From: a virus
Length of the DNA: 64,000 bases
Direction: 5' to 3' (one strand)
IMG/VR virus record: IMGVR_UViG_3300006737_000020
Coordinates: 1-64,000 of that record
In this document: in pieces, positions 8,198 to 19,117 of the stretch
Layout of the letters: the number at the start of each line of letters is the position of its first letter
Numbering within the stretch: the first letter of the stretch is position 1
Notes under the pieces: model-generated
The model's database searches: none
Seen by the model: the letters and a program-made list of their open reading frames with translations, nothing else
Told to the model about the DNA's origin: nothing
Made by a program: the position numbers and the translations under genes

Positions 8198-10254
8198 TAT
8201 TTTTCTATCCTACATATTGTTTCAACTTCGGTTGTCCACTGATTTGGTGTTAATTCATGTATTGTTTTTTTAACAGTAAATACTATATTTATGTTATTTG
8301 TATAATATCGTGAAGGTGCTAAATTAGTTATACATGCATTACCAAATTGAATACCTGCAATACCTTCTAATGTTGCTGACATTTCTAATGGATACATATC
8401 TTTTCTGAATCCAGCTTTATCACTATGTTCAAATGCAGATTCTACATATGATTTTAAATTTGATTTTGCTGCAGATATTGACTCTTCATTATATCCTGTA
8501 TCATGTATTACTTCACGAGATTCAATTAAACTATTTCGTATCTTAGCTTTATTTACTAATGTTACTACTTGTTCTCCTTTAATAACTTCTACTGCTGCAT
8601 TCTTTTTTCCTGAAGCTGTTCCTGTTCCTCCTACGAATGCCGCGGCTGCCATATCTTTTGGAACTTTACCAGTTAATTGTACATTCCTGGTAGAATTATC
8701 TCCACCTGCATGTCCGCCTGCATTAAATTCTAATTTTGGAGTTTGTCCTGCAGAACCTGGAACCCAATTTCTGTCTACTACATACATGTATTTATCACCT
8801 CCAGCTTCTCCATAATGAGATGCCTGTTCGGGTGTCATTTGAGTTACTGTTAAATCCCATGCTCCTCCAGTATGATTATATATTTCTGAAAATAATTTAT
8901 TTAAAAATTTTCCTATTCCTATCTTTGAACCTTCGCCACCCATTTCAGAAGCTCCAGCTATACTTCTTAATAAATCTCTAGAGATTAATGTATTTGCAAT
9001 TTTTGCTGTTCCTGTGCCATCCATTACCAAAGGATTTGGAAAATTCTTACCCCATATCTTTGATGCACCAAAAAATCGTCCAATAGCTCCTCCACCTGTA
9101 CCTCCGTAATGAGATGAACCTCTTGAGTCTGTACCTCGTATTAATATTTTCATAGGATTAGCAGAAAATAATTTATCATATTCTTTACCTATAGTAACAT
9201 TGTTATTACATACATATTGGATGCCTTGTACATCTACATTTTGACTTTCAATGTTTCCTTGTAATAAATCTTTATTAATTAGTTTATTAATAACATATCC
9301 TAATGATGCAAATATAACATTACCACCTACCATATTATCATTTGCAGGTTCTGGAGCTGCATCTGGACAATCACATCCTGCTATATGTGCTACACCTCCC
9401 ATACCAGGATAAACATATCCTTCATCTTCATCTAAGTCTTCATGATCATCCATTCTATCTTGTACATCATAATCAAATACATCAAATATATTAACACAGG
9501 TTTGAGTTTCATTTAATCCTGCAAAATCAGAAGTAAATTCTCTTCCGTCATCAGCTAATTTTGAATTAACATTTAATTCTGTAATTAAGTTTCCTTTTCC
9601 TACAGCTTTTATTTCACAATCATAACCTAATTCATTATTCATTTTAAATGAATAATCATATACTACTCCTGAAAATTCATCATTATTTGCTGGTCCAGAA
9701 ACTCCTACTCTACCATATGCTATATTAACATCTGTTCCTGGTATCATATAAATCTTTTCAAATTCTTCAAATGATTGTTTATCAAAACATTTTATTTGTA
9801 AAATACATTTTACTAAAGATCCATAATCACCAGACATTTCAACTGTAAATTTTTGGATAGCAGGAGATGGTCTTCCAGATGTTGTAGCATATCTAGATGA
9901 TAAACTTGTATCAGCCAATGTAGATATTTGTCCTTCAGCTGCAATTTTGTGACCAACAACTCGTTGTTTGGTTTCCATAGCTTCAGATTCTTTAGCTTCT
10001 CCAAATAAAACATTTGATGCACCTCTTCCTAATAAAATGTCGGTTGCGCCACGACCTGCAGTTCCAAGACCGTCTTTAATTGCTTGGCCTGTATCTAGAT
10101 CCTGATAGTTTTGTGTTACTGGTTCTGTTCTTCTTGCATTAATAGAAATATAACAACCGTTAACTTTTCGGCTTTCTACATAACCAAGGCCTTTTCGTCG
10201 GTCAAGTTCATCTCGTACAAACTCTTGGGCAGCTAAATAAAATACTCCTGCCAT
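8197..10254 (-). CDS. Putative baseplate hub protein (gp27/P2 gpD-like)
   Basis: Follows the LysM gene; FSGVVYDYSF...GYDCEI and LEGIAGIQFG...VFTVKKTIHEL..NQWTTEVE fit contractile-tail hubs. Confidence 0.6.
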   Translation of the reverse strand: MAGVFYLAAQEFVRDELDRRKGLGYVESRKVNGCYISINARRTEPVTQNYQDLDTGQAIKDGLGTAGRGATDILLGRGASNVLFGEAKESEAMETKQRVVGHKIAAEGQISTLADTSLSSRYATTSGRPSPAIQKFTVEMSGDYGSLVKCILQIKCFDKQSFEEFEKIYMIPGTDVNIAYGRVGVSGPANNDEFSGVVYDYSFKMNNELGYDCEIKAVGKGNLITELNVNSKLADDGREFTSDFAGLNETQTCVNIFDVFDYDVQDRMDDHEDLDEDEGYVYPGMGGVAHIAGCDCPDAAPEPANDNMVGGNVIFASLGYVINKLINKDLLQGNIESQNVDVQGIQYVCNNNVTIGKEYDKLFSANPMKILIRGTDSRGSSHYGGTGGGAIGRFFGASKIWGKNFPNPLVMDGTGTAKIANTLISRDLLRSIAGASEMGGEGSKIGIGKFLNKLFSEIYNHTGGAWDLTVTQMTPEQASHYGEAGGDKYMYVVDRNWVPGSAGQTPKLEFNAGGHAGGDNSTRNVQLTGKVPKDMAAAAFVGGTGTASGKKNAAVEVIKGEQVVTLVNKAKIRNSLIESREVIHDTGYNEESISAAKSNLKSYVESAFEHSDKAGFRKDMYPLEMSATLEGIAGIQFGNACITNLAPSRYYTNNINIVFTVKKTIHELTPNQWTTEVETICRIEK

Positions 10255-10255
10255 G

Positions 10256-10561
10256 TTATCTCTCCGATTGTTTAATTTTTAATAACGAATGTAGTTCACG
10301 TCTTGAAGGAATACGCAATCTTATTCCTGCAGGGACCATTAATGTACCTTTACCTATATGATTTGCTTGTGCTAATACCCACCACTGAGATGAATCTTCA
10401 TAATATTCATATGCAAGATTATCTAACCTATCTCCTTCTCGTGCAATAATATAATAATCTTGATCAGTAGCCGCAACCTTTGGTGGTAATGCGGACATAT
10501 GAGTCTTACGCTTTTTCTTAGTATCTAACTTTTCATCAATAATGTATTTATATCTATTCAT
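10256..10561 (-). CDS. LysM-domain baseplate protein (gp53/P2 gpX-like)
   Basis: REGDRLDNLAYEYYEDSSQWWVLAQAN...PAGIRLRIP. Confidence 0.85.
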   Translation of the reverse strand: MNRYKYIIDEKLDTKKKRKTHMSALPPKVAATDQDYYIIAREGDRLDNLAYEYYEDSSQWWVLAQANHIGKGTLMVPAGIRLRIPSRRELHSLLKIKQSER

Positions 10562-10571
10562 AAATTATCTC

Positions 10572-13500
10572 CTAATCAAATGGGTTCAAGAAATTAATAA
10601 CTTTTTTACCTCCGGATTTTACACCATCATATGCTTTACTTGCCAATCCAGATATTTGTTTAGATGCTGCATTATCTCCTGATTGGTCACCTGGGATAAA
10701 GAAATCTAATAATCCATCTCCTGCATCAACTACTCCGCCTACTACATCTCCTGCTACATCATTAAACATGTTATATGGTTCATCTGCAATAGATGATACT
10801 CCTTCTGGCAATCCTTCAACTAAATCATCTACTGCATCAAACTGTGATGGTTGTTTTCCATCTGCTGCGCCCTTAGCTACATTAGATCCTCTAAATTTTG
10901 CAATGTCATAGAATTTTGCACCGTCTTGAGGAATTTCAGAACCTATATATGCAAATTCTATAGTTACATTACAATATAATGGTAAACGTTTTCCAGCTGT
11001 TATTTCCCATGGTACTTCTGGATCTAAATCAATTCCTACACTTGTTATATAACATGGCATACCATTAAACATATCTCCTAATGTTAATTCAACAAATGTT
11101 CCAGTATATCCATTACCTACATATTTAGGAGCAGTAAATCCTGCTAATACATTTAACTTATCCCACATTGGAACTAATTCACCTGCTGATGCGGCTGCAA
11201 TTGTTAAATCTAAAGATACTGTTCTTGCAAATCCTGTATATATTATTTTTGGATCTGCTCTACCAATTTCTTTTTCTTGACTCCATTCTGGTGAAAATGA
11301 ATCACTTATAGAATTAATTCCAGCTCTCCAATATAATGCATCTCCGCCTCCTTGTCGAGTAATAAAAAATGGAACCATATCTTCTTTACTTGGACTTCCT
11401 CCCACTCCTAATAAATTTAATTCATCTGGTTGGTTGGCTCCACCATATCCTAATTGGTCTCTACTACGAGTTGATATCTCATTTCTTATACCATTGCTAA
11501 TAGCTCTTCTAAATTCTTGTATCTTCTTTGTTCCTGTTACAATACCTGATTGCTTTGCAGCTGCTCTTATTTCTGCATAGTTCATGTAATTGTATACTAA
11601 TGGTGTACCAGCTGAAGTTTTTGGTTTTCCTCCTACTTGTCTAATATTACCTGTGTCGTCTGGTCTTGCTTTTTCATTTTGTAATGGATCTAATTTGGCT
11701 AATATTTCTTGATCAACTGTTGTAAGATCTTTTGTTGATTGTCCTGAAATTGATTGTTGACCAACTGATGGTGATGCTCCTACTTTTGGCGAAGAAGGAC
11801 TATATAGTTGAGTAACTGGTATTTGATTATACATTGGTATTATGGTTGGATCATCTACACCATATACATATGCAAATACATTACCTAAATCATCTCCTGA
11901 TTCTAATTGACCATATTTTTGTTTTAAACTAATATAATCATGTGGTCCACCATCATCAATTTGATCTCTTGTATTACCTGTAAAGAATTTTAAATCTGGA
12001 GTAAAGTAATTAAATATTGCCTCTCCAACTTTAACTGCATTAAGTCCTGAAACATCTTTACTTGATATAAGTCTATTTGGTAAAGATTTATATCCAACTG
12101 GAGATCCTGGTTCAAATACTCTTTCTGCAGATTTTCTTATTTGCGGAGTATTCCTATTGGACGCGTCTCCTAATGCAGGATCTATTAATTGATATAAATT
12201 AACTCTATCTTGTGTATCCCAATCATCACCAAATACTTGACCACCATTTAATACTCTTAATACATATCCAAATGTATAAGATGTATTATTAAACAATGAC
12301 GTACTAGGATTATTAGTTTGTATTCCTTGAGTACTTTCTCCTAGAAATGAATGTACATGTTCTGTAATCTTTTTTCCGTCTACTAATGTACGTATTAAAT
12401 CATTTTCAGCATCTATAGATTGATATATATTATGTTTTGATCCTCCAACAGGTTTTCCTCTTGGACCGCTATTTGAATTTGCTATATTATAATATCCTTC
12501 TGGATAATCAGCATCTCTATTTTGATATACATGATATTTATGAGCATGATCTAATAAATTTTTATCTTCTATATTAACAGCCCTTTGATGTGTTTCTTCT
12601 GATCCATCAAATGATGAACCAACGTATCTACCACCACCAGGATTATCATTAACACCTTCTTCTCTTGATTTGTTTTGAGCAGGAGTAAAACTTTCTAAGT
12701 ATTTTGTTCCTATAGGAAATGATTGTACATCTGATTCAGGTGTTCCTTCTACTATATCTCTACCTTCTCCAACCAATCCAGTTTGTGTATCTACTAATGG
12801 TCTTTCAATTATTTCTACTTCAGAATCTGATCCTACAAATCTACCACCAGCTGGTGACTCATTTTGTATATAAATTAATTCTGATGAAAACTTATCTGTT
12901 ATATTTAATACACTATATCCTCCAGAATCTGCATCTCTATTAGGTATACTAGCTGAATTAGGAAATCCATCCTTTGATTTTGGTGTATAAGTCTTTTCAA
13001 TTGAATTTCCAGGAGAACTTGTATCTCCTAACGTTCTCGCTGCTCCTGGTTGTTCTTCTGATTCATAAGGTGTTGTATTATTATAATGAATACCCCAATA
13101 TGCATTTCCTAAATTATCTTTTAAACCTGTACCTGTTGTTACTGCCCTTCTAATAGAAGTATATCCTATTCCATAAACTGATTTTGGTCCTCCTGGACCT
13201 GACAATGTACTTATTTCTGATCCATCAAATCCTGCTAATGCATTTTGTAATGGTTCAATAAAGTTAGAAAATCCTTGAGCAATTGTTCCTAATAAATCGG
13301 TTGGAGATCCTTGGTCTTCTGATATCGGAGATCCATCGCCAAATAATTCAACCTTTAATCTTGCTAACCTATTTGAAGTAACTTCATTGGCATCAGTTTG
13401 AAGCATTTGTTTTTGTATATCTTCATACTTACCTTGAGCTCCCATACCACCATGATTTGAACTATGTATTCCTTCTGGTGCTGAAATAATATTACTTGCA

Positions 13501-13970
13501 AATTTTACTGGATTATATATTTTGGTTGGACGTACTCCTATATTTGTTTCTACATTTGGATTTGATGCATGTAATCCTATTTGTCGAAGATTCCATATAA
13601 TACCTTTAGGAGATATTAAAAATTTACCCATTCGTAATGCATCTTCAGCTAATCTTGCTGCAAATGCTTGTAATCCTCCTCTTACCAATAAATTTTGTGG
13701 AGCCGTTCTTCCTCCAGGTCCATAAAATTGAGAATCACCATCTCTTCGTTGTATACCTCTTATAATAAATGGTTGGTCTGTAGCTCTACCAAAAGACATT
13801 CTATTAATATTTGGAGTATCATATATAAGAAATTTATTATATTGAGCTTGAATATTATCTTCTTGATATGATGTGACTTTATTTTGAATAGATGTCTGTG
13901 ATAATTGGCCTGGTGCTTCACCTCTTATTCCAGTCCATGTTAAATCAGATTTCATACTAATTAAACCCAT
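10572..13970 (-). CDS. Tail tube initiator/baseplate protein with a large N-terminal extension
   Basis: Directly after the tape measure; C-terminal tube-like domain (ISDSFSPEW...GRADPKIIYTGFARTVSLDL...LTLGDMF...YITSV). Confidence 0.6.
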   Translation of the reverse strand: MGLISMKSDLTWTGIRGEAPGQLSQTSIQNKVTSYQEDNIQAQYNKFLIYDTPNINRMSFGRATDQPFIIRGIQRRDGDSQFYGPGGRTAPQNLLVRGGLQAFAARLAEDALRMGKFLISPKGIIWNLRQIGLHASNPNVETNIGVRPTKIYNPVKFASNIISAPEGIHSSNHGGMGAQGKYEDIQKQMLQTDANEVTSNRLARLKVELFGDGSPISEDQGSPTDLLGTIAQGFSNFIEPLQNALAGFDGSEISTLSGPGGPKSVYGIGYTSIRRAVTTGTGLKDNLGNAYWGIHYNNTTPYESEEQPGAARTLGDTSSPGNSIEKTYTPKSKDGFPNSASIPNRDADSGGYSVLNITDKFSSELIYIQNESPAGGRFVGSDSEVEIIERPLVDTQTGLVGEGRDIVEGTPESDVQSFPIGTKYLESFTPAQNKSREEGVNDNPGGGRYVGSSFDGSEETHQRAVNIEDKNLLDHAHKYHVYQNRDADYPEGYYNIANSNSGPRGKPVGGSKHNIYQSIDAENDLIRTLVDGKKITEHVHSFLGESTQGIQTNNPSTSLFNNTSYTFGYVLRVLNGGQVFGDDWDTQDRVNLYQLIDPALGDASNRNTPQIRKSAERVFEPGSPVGYKSLPNRLISSKDVSGLNAVKVGEAIFNYFTPDLKFFTGNTRDQIDDGGPHDYISLKQKYGQLESGDDLGNVFAYVYGVDDPTIIPMYNQIPVTQLYSPSSPKVGASPSVGQQSISGQSTKDLTTVDQEILAKLDPLQNEKARPDDTGNIRQVGGKPKTSAGTPLVYNYMNYAEIRAAAKQSGIVTGTKKIQEFRRAISNGIRNEISTRSRDQLGYGGANQPDELNLLGVGGSPSKEDMVPFFITRQGGGDALYWRAGINSISDSFSPEWSQEKEIGRADPKIIYTGFARTVSLDLTIAAASAGELVPMWDKLNVLAGFTAPKYVGNGYTGTFVELTLGDMFNGMPCYITSVGIDLDPEVPWEITAGKRLPLYCNVTIEFAYIGSEIPQDGAKFYDIAKFRGSNVAKGAADGKQPSQFDAVDDLVEGLPEGVSSIADEPYNMFNDVAGDVVGGVVDAGDGLLDFFIPGDQSGDNAASKQISGLASKAYDGVKSGGKKVINFLNPFD

Positions 13971-16900
13971 TAGCTTTCCTCCCCTGCATTACCTGCTCCT
14001 ATTTGATAGGACTTGTTAACATTCATCATTCCAGAAATTTCTTCAATTACTTTATTTCCAATTACAATTTGTACTGGTCCTTGTGCACCACCACTTCCTC
14101 CTGTTCCTGCAATTGCAGTAATAACTGCATCTAATTTTGCTGCTAGTGCATCTAATTTTGTTGCATTAGTCTCATCAAATACTGGACTTCCTTCTTCAGA
14201 CTCTCCATCTTCTCCTCCTCCAAACATACTACCTAATGCACCACCCATGGCTCCTAATCCACCCATTAACATGCCCATTGGACTACTTCCTATCATTTGA
14301 ATCTTTAATAATTTTCTTGCTGCATCTTTTTGGATATCTTTTAATTCTATTTCTTGAGGTCCTGAATCTGCCATTGACATTGAACCTTCTGGTCCAAATG
14401 CCGCATCATTGGCTTTAAATAAATCTGTTCCTGCTACAATTGTATCTTTATTATTAAATGATATAGCTCCTTCAGGTCCAAACAATACTCTTGATCCATA
14501 TCCACCTGAACCACCACTTGAGGGTCCAATTACACCATCACTCATCATTGCAGATGCACCAGCCATTAATGCAAATAATGCTGCTACTCCAATACCAACG
14601 GCTGCTAATATTGGTGCAATTCCAACACCAAATGATGCTGCAGATGATGTGGTCATTGCGGCAGTTGCTGCTGCAGCATGTGTAGTTGCTAATGCGGCAG
14701 TAGGTGCAATTGCAGCTGCCGATGCGGCTGCTCCTGCTCCAGTTGCTGCAGTAGTTGCAGTTGCGGCAGTCGCTGTCATTGTTTGCCATAACCATACCGC
14801 TCCTTTAGCAATTGCTAGTAATCCTTGTTGTACTGTTTCTTTTAATGTTAATAAGAATGCTGTTCGTTTCTCTGCATTAGTCATCATTTCCCAAGTCCAT
14901 ACAGCTCCTTTCTTAATTGCTAATGCTGCTTGATATCCTATTTCTTTTAATGTATGCATTAATCCTGTATTCTTACTTGCATTAATTTGGTTTTCAATTT
15001 GTGCCTCTGTTCCTTTTAGTCCTAACTTAGTTGCTAACATTCCTTGTTCTGTTGCTGATAATCCAATTCCCAATTTTTGTTTCAATGTAATAAGTCCCAT
15101 TTGGAAATTTTCTTTCATCTTAGCAAGCAATCCTTTATTCTTTAATGTAGTGGCCATAGTTTCATCAGAAATATAATCCTTACTATACATTGAAGCTATT
15201 TTTTGTTGAGCTACTGCTTGTTTATCAGTTATTAATCCCATCTTTTTTGCAAGGTTAGTTGCTGTAGAATACATTTGTTCTTTACTACTAAAAAATTGTC
15301 TAGTTTTCTGTATAGCTAAATTTGCTTTATCTCCTGCCCATATTAAAGCTTTTACTGCATATATTCCTCCAATTATTCCTGCTATTACTTTTAATGCAGG
15401 AGATAAGAATTTAACTACTTTTGCAATTCCTTGAAATACTAATAATACTGGCTTTAATGCAAACATAAATCCACTAAAGATTGCTCCTACTACATCTAAT
15501 ATTGGAGCTAATACATTTGTAAATATTTGTGTTATTGCTTTAATAACAGGATATAATGCTTTCATTAAAGTATTTTTAATTTTATCAAATTGTGCACTCA
15601 TTTCTTTTGCTGCCAAAGCTGCTTCTTGTTGTTTAACTAATTGCTCTCCAGTTAATGTACCACCTTCCAATGCTTTAGATGCATCATCATATCGTTTCTT
15701 TTGTTCTGCCGTAAGGCTATTCATTTGTTCTTGTTTTTGTAATGCATCCTGTAATTGGCCGACTTCCATTCCTGCTGCTTGAGCTAATTTCTTTCTTTGA
15801 AGAACATCTAGTTTATTAAAGTCATGAATTGAACCTACCTGGTCTAACACTGCTTTTGTAGCTCCTTCTATATCACCTTGCAATGCTAATTGTCTTGCAA
15901 GATCCATATTTATTTGTTTTCCTAACATTACAGATGCTTCAAACTCAGCTTCAATTGATGATTCAATATCTAATAAACCATCTGCAATATCAACCATATC
16001 ACCTAATTCCATTCCTAACCTTGCTGCTTCAATTGCTGCTTTTGTTAAGGCTTTTGCATTACCACCCATATATTTGGCAGCTCTTTTAGAATTTTGTGCA
16101 ATATCTTTCATAACCTTTCCTGGAGCAACTCCGGCTGCTTCAGATAGATTAGCTGCTAATGCTTGTGTATTAAATGCCTCTTGTGATGTTTGCCCCATGG
16201 CTTCAAACTGACGCTGAACGGCTGCTGCATCACCTACTGCAATTCCAAATGCAGCTGACATATTAGCTACATTCATTGCTGTTTCATTTGAAAAGTTAGC
16301 TGTACTTCCAAATTCTTCTTTCATGGCAGTCATTGCAGAAACAATTTCTTCTGTATTTGCTAGGTTATTAGCACTCGACGCTTGCATTGCTCTAGCCGAT
16401 TGTAACATTTTTTCAGCTTGGTTTGCTGATTGGCCTGTATTAGCTGCAAGTTCTTCTGTCTCTGCAGACATTTGTTTGAACAACATTAATGCACCTAAAA
16501 GAACTCCTGCTGCTGCTAATGGTAATAATGCAGACTTTAATGACATTCCAAATACTTTGGTAGATGCTGTTAAATCTTTAAATCGCTGTACACCGGCGGC
16601 TGCTCCTTCATTAAGTCCTGTTTGTAATGATAGATTTAATTGTTCACTTAATTTATCACCAAATAGATCTAATCCTATTGCTTTTGATAAAAATTGACCA
16701 CCAGGAAATGATTCTATTGTAGATTTCATTGCTTCAAATGGTCCTACTAATGCATCATGCATTGCCTGTCTTTGAGATATTTGATAATCTAATGCATTAG
16801 ATTGCTCATCTAACATTCCTACTTTTGTACGAGCCTCATTAATTTCTTGCTGTGCCATAAGTAAACTTTTGCCAGTCAATTTATTTTTATTTGCTGCAAA

Positions 16901-17527
16901 TTGAACTTCCATATCTGCTAATCGTTCTTTTGCATATGATGTATTTAATGATTCAGCTAGCGTTGTACTATTTTTTTGTGTATATTTATATAACTGTTGA
17001 GCTTCATCTGCAATATCTGCAGTTAGTTGAGCTGATTCTTCTAATATACTAGCTTCAATATTATAACTCTTAAGAAGTGTATTGGCAGCATCAGCTCTTT
17101 GACCAGTTAAATTGAGTTTAACATTTTCTATAGTAGAAATTCTTTCTTGAACTGATTTTTGTTTAATATAATTCTGACCAGTTTGTTTTGCAAAGGCGGC
17201 AAATGCTTTTTGATTAGATGCTGCTAAGTTTCCTTTCTTTGCAACATTATCAAGAGATGTATCTAATCCATTGAATAAGCTATTTAATTGTTTTGATTTT
17301 TTTAGAAGATCATCTTCTTCTTTACCTATCTTTTTTATTCCAGTTTGTGTAATTCCTAATAACTTATTTAAATCTGCCTGGACCTTATTCTTTTGTTGTG
17401 CTGTCTTTAAAAATTCTTTACTGCCTGTAGCACCTTGCTTGTCTAACTGTTTTAATCGTTTGACTAAGGATAGTTCTTCTTTGATTAAGTCGACTTTTAA
17501 TTGCTGTTCTTTTGGTGTAAGGCTCAT
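13970..17527 (-). CDS. Tape measure protein
   Basis: 1185 aa, Ala/Leu/Gln-rich helical sequence with hydrophobic stretches; LLDIESSIEAEFEASVMLGK; lies between tube/chaperone and baseplate genes. Confidence 0.88.
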   Translation of the reverse strand: MSLTPKEQQLKVDLIKEELSLVKRLKQLDKQGATGSKEFLKTAQQKNKVQADLNKLLGITQTGIKKIGKEEDDLLKKSKQLNSLFNGLDTSLDNVAKKGNLAASNQKAFAAFAKQTGQNYIKQKSVQERISTIENVKLNLTGQRADAANTLLKSYNIEASILEESAQLTADIADEAQQLYKYTQKNSTTLAESLNTSYAKERLADMEVQFAANKNKLTGKSLLMAQQEINEARTKVGMLDEQSNALDYQISQRQAMHDALVGPFEAMKSTIESFPGGQFLSKAIGLDLFGDKLSEQLNLSLQTGLNEGAAAGVQRFKDLTASTKVFGMSLKSALLPLAAAGVLLGALMLFKQMSAETEELAANTGQSANQAEKMLQSARAMQASSANNLANTEEIVSAMTAMKEEFGSTANFSNETAMNVANMSAAFGIAVGDAAAVQRQFEAMGQTSQEAFNTQALAANLSEAAGVAPGKVMKDIAQNSKRAAKYMGGNAKALTKAAIEAARLGMELGDMVDIADGLLDIESSIEAEFEASVMLGKQINMDLARQLALQGDIEGATKAVLDQVGSIHDFNKLDVLQRKKLAQAAGMEVGQLQDALQKQEQMNSLTAEQKKRYDDASKALEGGTLTGEQLVKQQEAALAAKEMSAQFDKIKNTLMKALYPVIKAITQIFTNVLAPILDVVGAIFSGFMFALKPVLLVFQGIAKVVKFLSPALKVIAGIIGGIYAVKALIWAGDKANLAIQKTRQFFSSKEQMYSTATNLAKKMGLITDKQAVAQQKIASMYSKDYISDETMATTLKNKGLLAKMKENFQMGLITLKQKLGIGLSATEQGMLATKLGLKGTEAQIENQINASKNTGLMHTLKEIGYQAALAIKKGAVWTWEMMTNAEKRTAFLLTLKETVQQGLLAIAKGAVWLWQTMTATAATATTAATGAGAAASAAAIAPTAALATTHAAAATAAMTTSSAASFGVGIAPILAAVGIGVAALFALMAGASAMMSDGVIGPSSGGSGGYGSRVLFGPEGAISFNNKDTIVAGTDLFKANDAAFGPEGSMSMADSGPQEIELKDIQKDAARKLLKIQMIGSSPMGMLMGGLGAMGGALGSMFGGGEDGESEEGSPVFDETNATKLDALAAKLDAVITAIAGTGGSGGAQGPVQIVIGNKVIEEISGMMNVNKSYQIGAGNAGEES

Positions 17528-17541
17528 ACTTTAGAATCCTT

Positions 17542-17847
17542 TTATTTATGATCACGCCATTTGAATCCCAAATCTTTAAGATGTTTATAAAGGTTTTTTT
17601 TGCTTTTAAACTTACCTTTTCCATCTGAATCTTGGGTCATTAATTCGGCGCTAATTTCTAATTCACGCTCGAAGTCATCTATTGAGCGATTTAGACGCTT
17701 AATCGCATCTCGCATTCCAGGATCTTTTTCAAAGTCTCTTAACTTCTTTTTAAGCCCTCTTTGCATGAACTTTTTAAATAAAGGTGATAATAACCCTTCT
17801 TTTAAAGCATTTTCTAGCGATTGTTCTAATTTATTTGATTTTGCCAT
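17542..17847 (-). CDS. Hypothetical protein
   Basis: 101-aa ORF with its own class II motif (17875-17883) and an ALKE-G leader. Confidence 0.7.
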   Translation of the reverse strand: MAKSNKLEQSLENALKEGLLSPLFKKFMQRGLKKKLRDFEKDPGMRDAIKRLNRSIDDFERELEISAELMTQDSDGKGKFKSKKNLYKHLKDLGFKWRDHK

Positions 17848-17912
17848 AGTTCTCGTCCATTTATATTACTTTATTATAAATATGGAACTATGTAATTTAT
17901 GAGAATAGAATA

Positions 17913-18135
17913 CTACCTTCTTCTTCGGCTTTGTGACTTAGCTTTTTTATTAGCCTTTTCCATTTCTTTGTTCTTATCTTTATGAACTTGTTCAACTCGT
18001 TTAATATAGAATACACGTAACCAAACTGGCATTGCATATACATCAGACCAATTGAACCCACCTTTCCCCCAGTAGATAAGATCAAATATCTGTTGGTGCA
18101 GTACGGGCCTGTATTCAGGCCCCAGGCCAAAAAAA
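17913..18135 (-). CDS. Frameshift-accessed C-terminal part of the tail assembly chaperone (gp51/gpT-like)
   Basis: Frame FFGLGPEYRPVLHQQIFDLIYWGKGGFNWSDVYAMPVWLRVFYI overlaps the end of the upstream gene at a U7 run and has no evident start signal of its own. Confidence 0.7.
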
Positions 18136-19011
18136 TGTGGTGTCAATGGGCAAGTCCATATAGAACTCCTCTCCCGTAGCGTTATCATCAAAAACTAAAT
18201 TTAAATCTACATCTGGTTGTAGGTCTCTCATATGAGTTCTTAATGCTCTTGAATCCATTGCTAATAATTCGTTCTGAACAAATTTACGTATTTTCATTCT
18301 ATCTTCTTCGCCATCTATAGATATAATAGAATACATTAATCTTGTTGATAATGTTGGATCAACACCTCTGTTCATTTTCTTTGCAGCTTTTATTTCAGCT
18401 TCAATATTAGGTTCATCACCATGGCATAAGAATTTAAATTCAACAACTCTTTTTGCTGCAGGTAATGTAAATGAAAATCTATTAGATCCTTTAGAGAATA
18501 ATGAAAAATCAACTTCCTTTTCTCGTAGTTCAGCTAAATCAATTGTTTCTTTTTGCTTGCCTCCTGAAGGTGTATTAACTTGGCATTCATAATCTTTACC
18601 ATATCCTAATACTCTTGCTGCAATCATAATTGCATTTTTATCACCTAATAATAGTTCATTATATTTAACTTTCTGTCCTTCTCCGTTAGATATAATTAAT
18701 GATTGAAATAATTTATCTAAAACAATTCCTTGTTTAATATATGATTGAGTAGTTAAAATATCTTCTTCTTTAGCAGTCATATATTTCATTTCTACTTTAC
18801 CTGATTGTAATGCACTACCATCTGCATATAAGAATCCTCTTGATGGCAACTCTACAATTTCGGTCGGAAAGTCATGCGTTTTAGCAGTTTGTCCTGCATA
18901 TGCATCCATTGCACGCATTTTCATTTCTTCATCAGATATCTTTTGGACATCCGCCATTTGTTGTGTAGTTGGTTTTTTACTCGGGTATTCTTCATTTACA
19001 TTTTTAGCCAT
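18115..19011 (-). CDS. Tail/baseplate hub assembly chaperone (gp26-like)
   Basis: PTEIVELPSRG..Y, MTAKEEDIL, LLLGDKNAIMIAAR..GYG; follows the tube gene. Confidence 0.78.
   Translation of the reverse strand: MAKNVNEEYPSKKPTTQQMADVQKISDEEMKMRAMDAYAGQTAKTHDFPTEIVELPSRGFLYADGSALQSGKVEMKYMTAKEEDILTTQSYIKQGIVLDKLFQSLIISNGEGQKVKYNELLLGDKNAIMIAARVLGYGKDYECQVNTPSGGKQKETIDLAELREKEVDFSLFSKGSNRFSFTLPAAKRVVEFKFLCHGDEPNIEAEIKAAKKMNRGVDPTLSTRLMYSIISIDGEEDRMKIRKFVQNELLAMDSRALRTHMRDLQPDVDLNLVFDDNATGEEFYMDLPIDTTFFWPGA
18129..18135 (-). other. Putative programmed ribosomal frameshift site (U7)
   Basis: Coding strand ACA TTT TTT TGG; a +1 (or -2) shift gives TTT TTT GGC. Confidence 0.65.
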
Positions 19012-19065
19012 AACTTGATCTTCCTTTTAATTTAATAACAATTTAATATAAATATGCTAATGCCC

Positions 19066-19096
19066 AAAAAAAATCCCACCATAAGGTAGGATTTTT
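19066..19096 (-). terminator. Intrinsic terminator after the tail tube gene
   Basis: Coding strand ATCCTACC-TTAT-GGTGGGAT followed by a long T run. Confidence 0.85.
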
Positions 19097-19117
19097 AATG
19101 ATTATATATTTTACTGA

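Noticed and set aside
9813-17624. Nested minus-strand ORFs 9813..10022, 14538..14795 and 17418..17624
   Set aside because: They are off-frame overlaps inside larger genes; the Cys-rich look of 14538..14795 comes from GCA/GCT alanine runs.
17897-18130. -1 frame ORF at the U7 site as the main frameshift product
   Set aside because: It shows no recognisable motif, while the +1 frame reads like a gp51/gpT-type segment. Not fully excluded.
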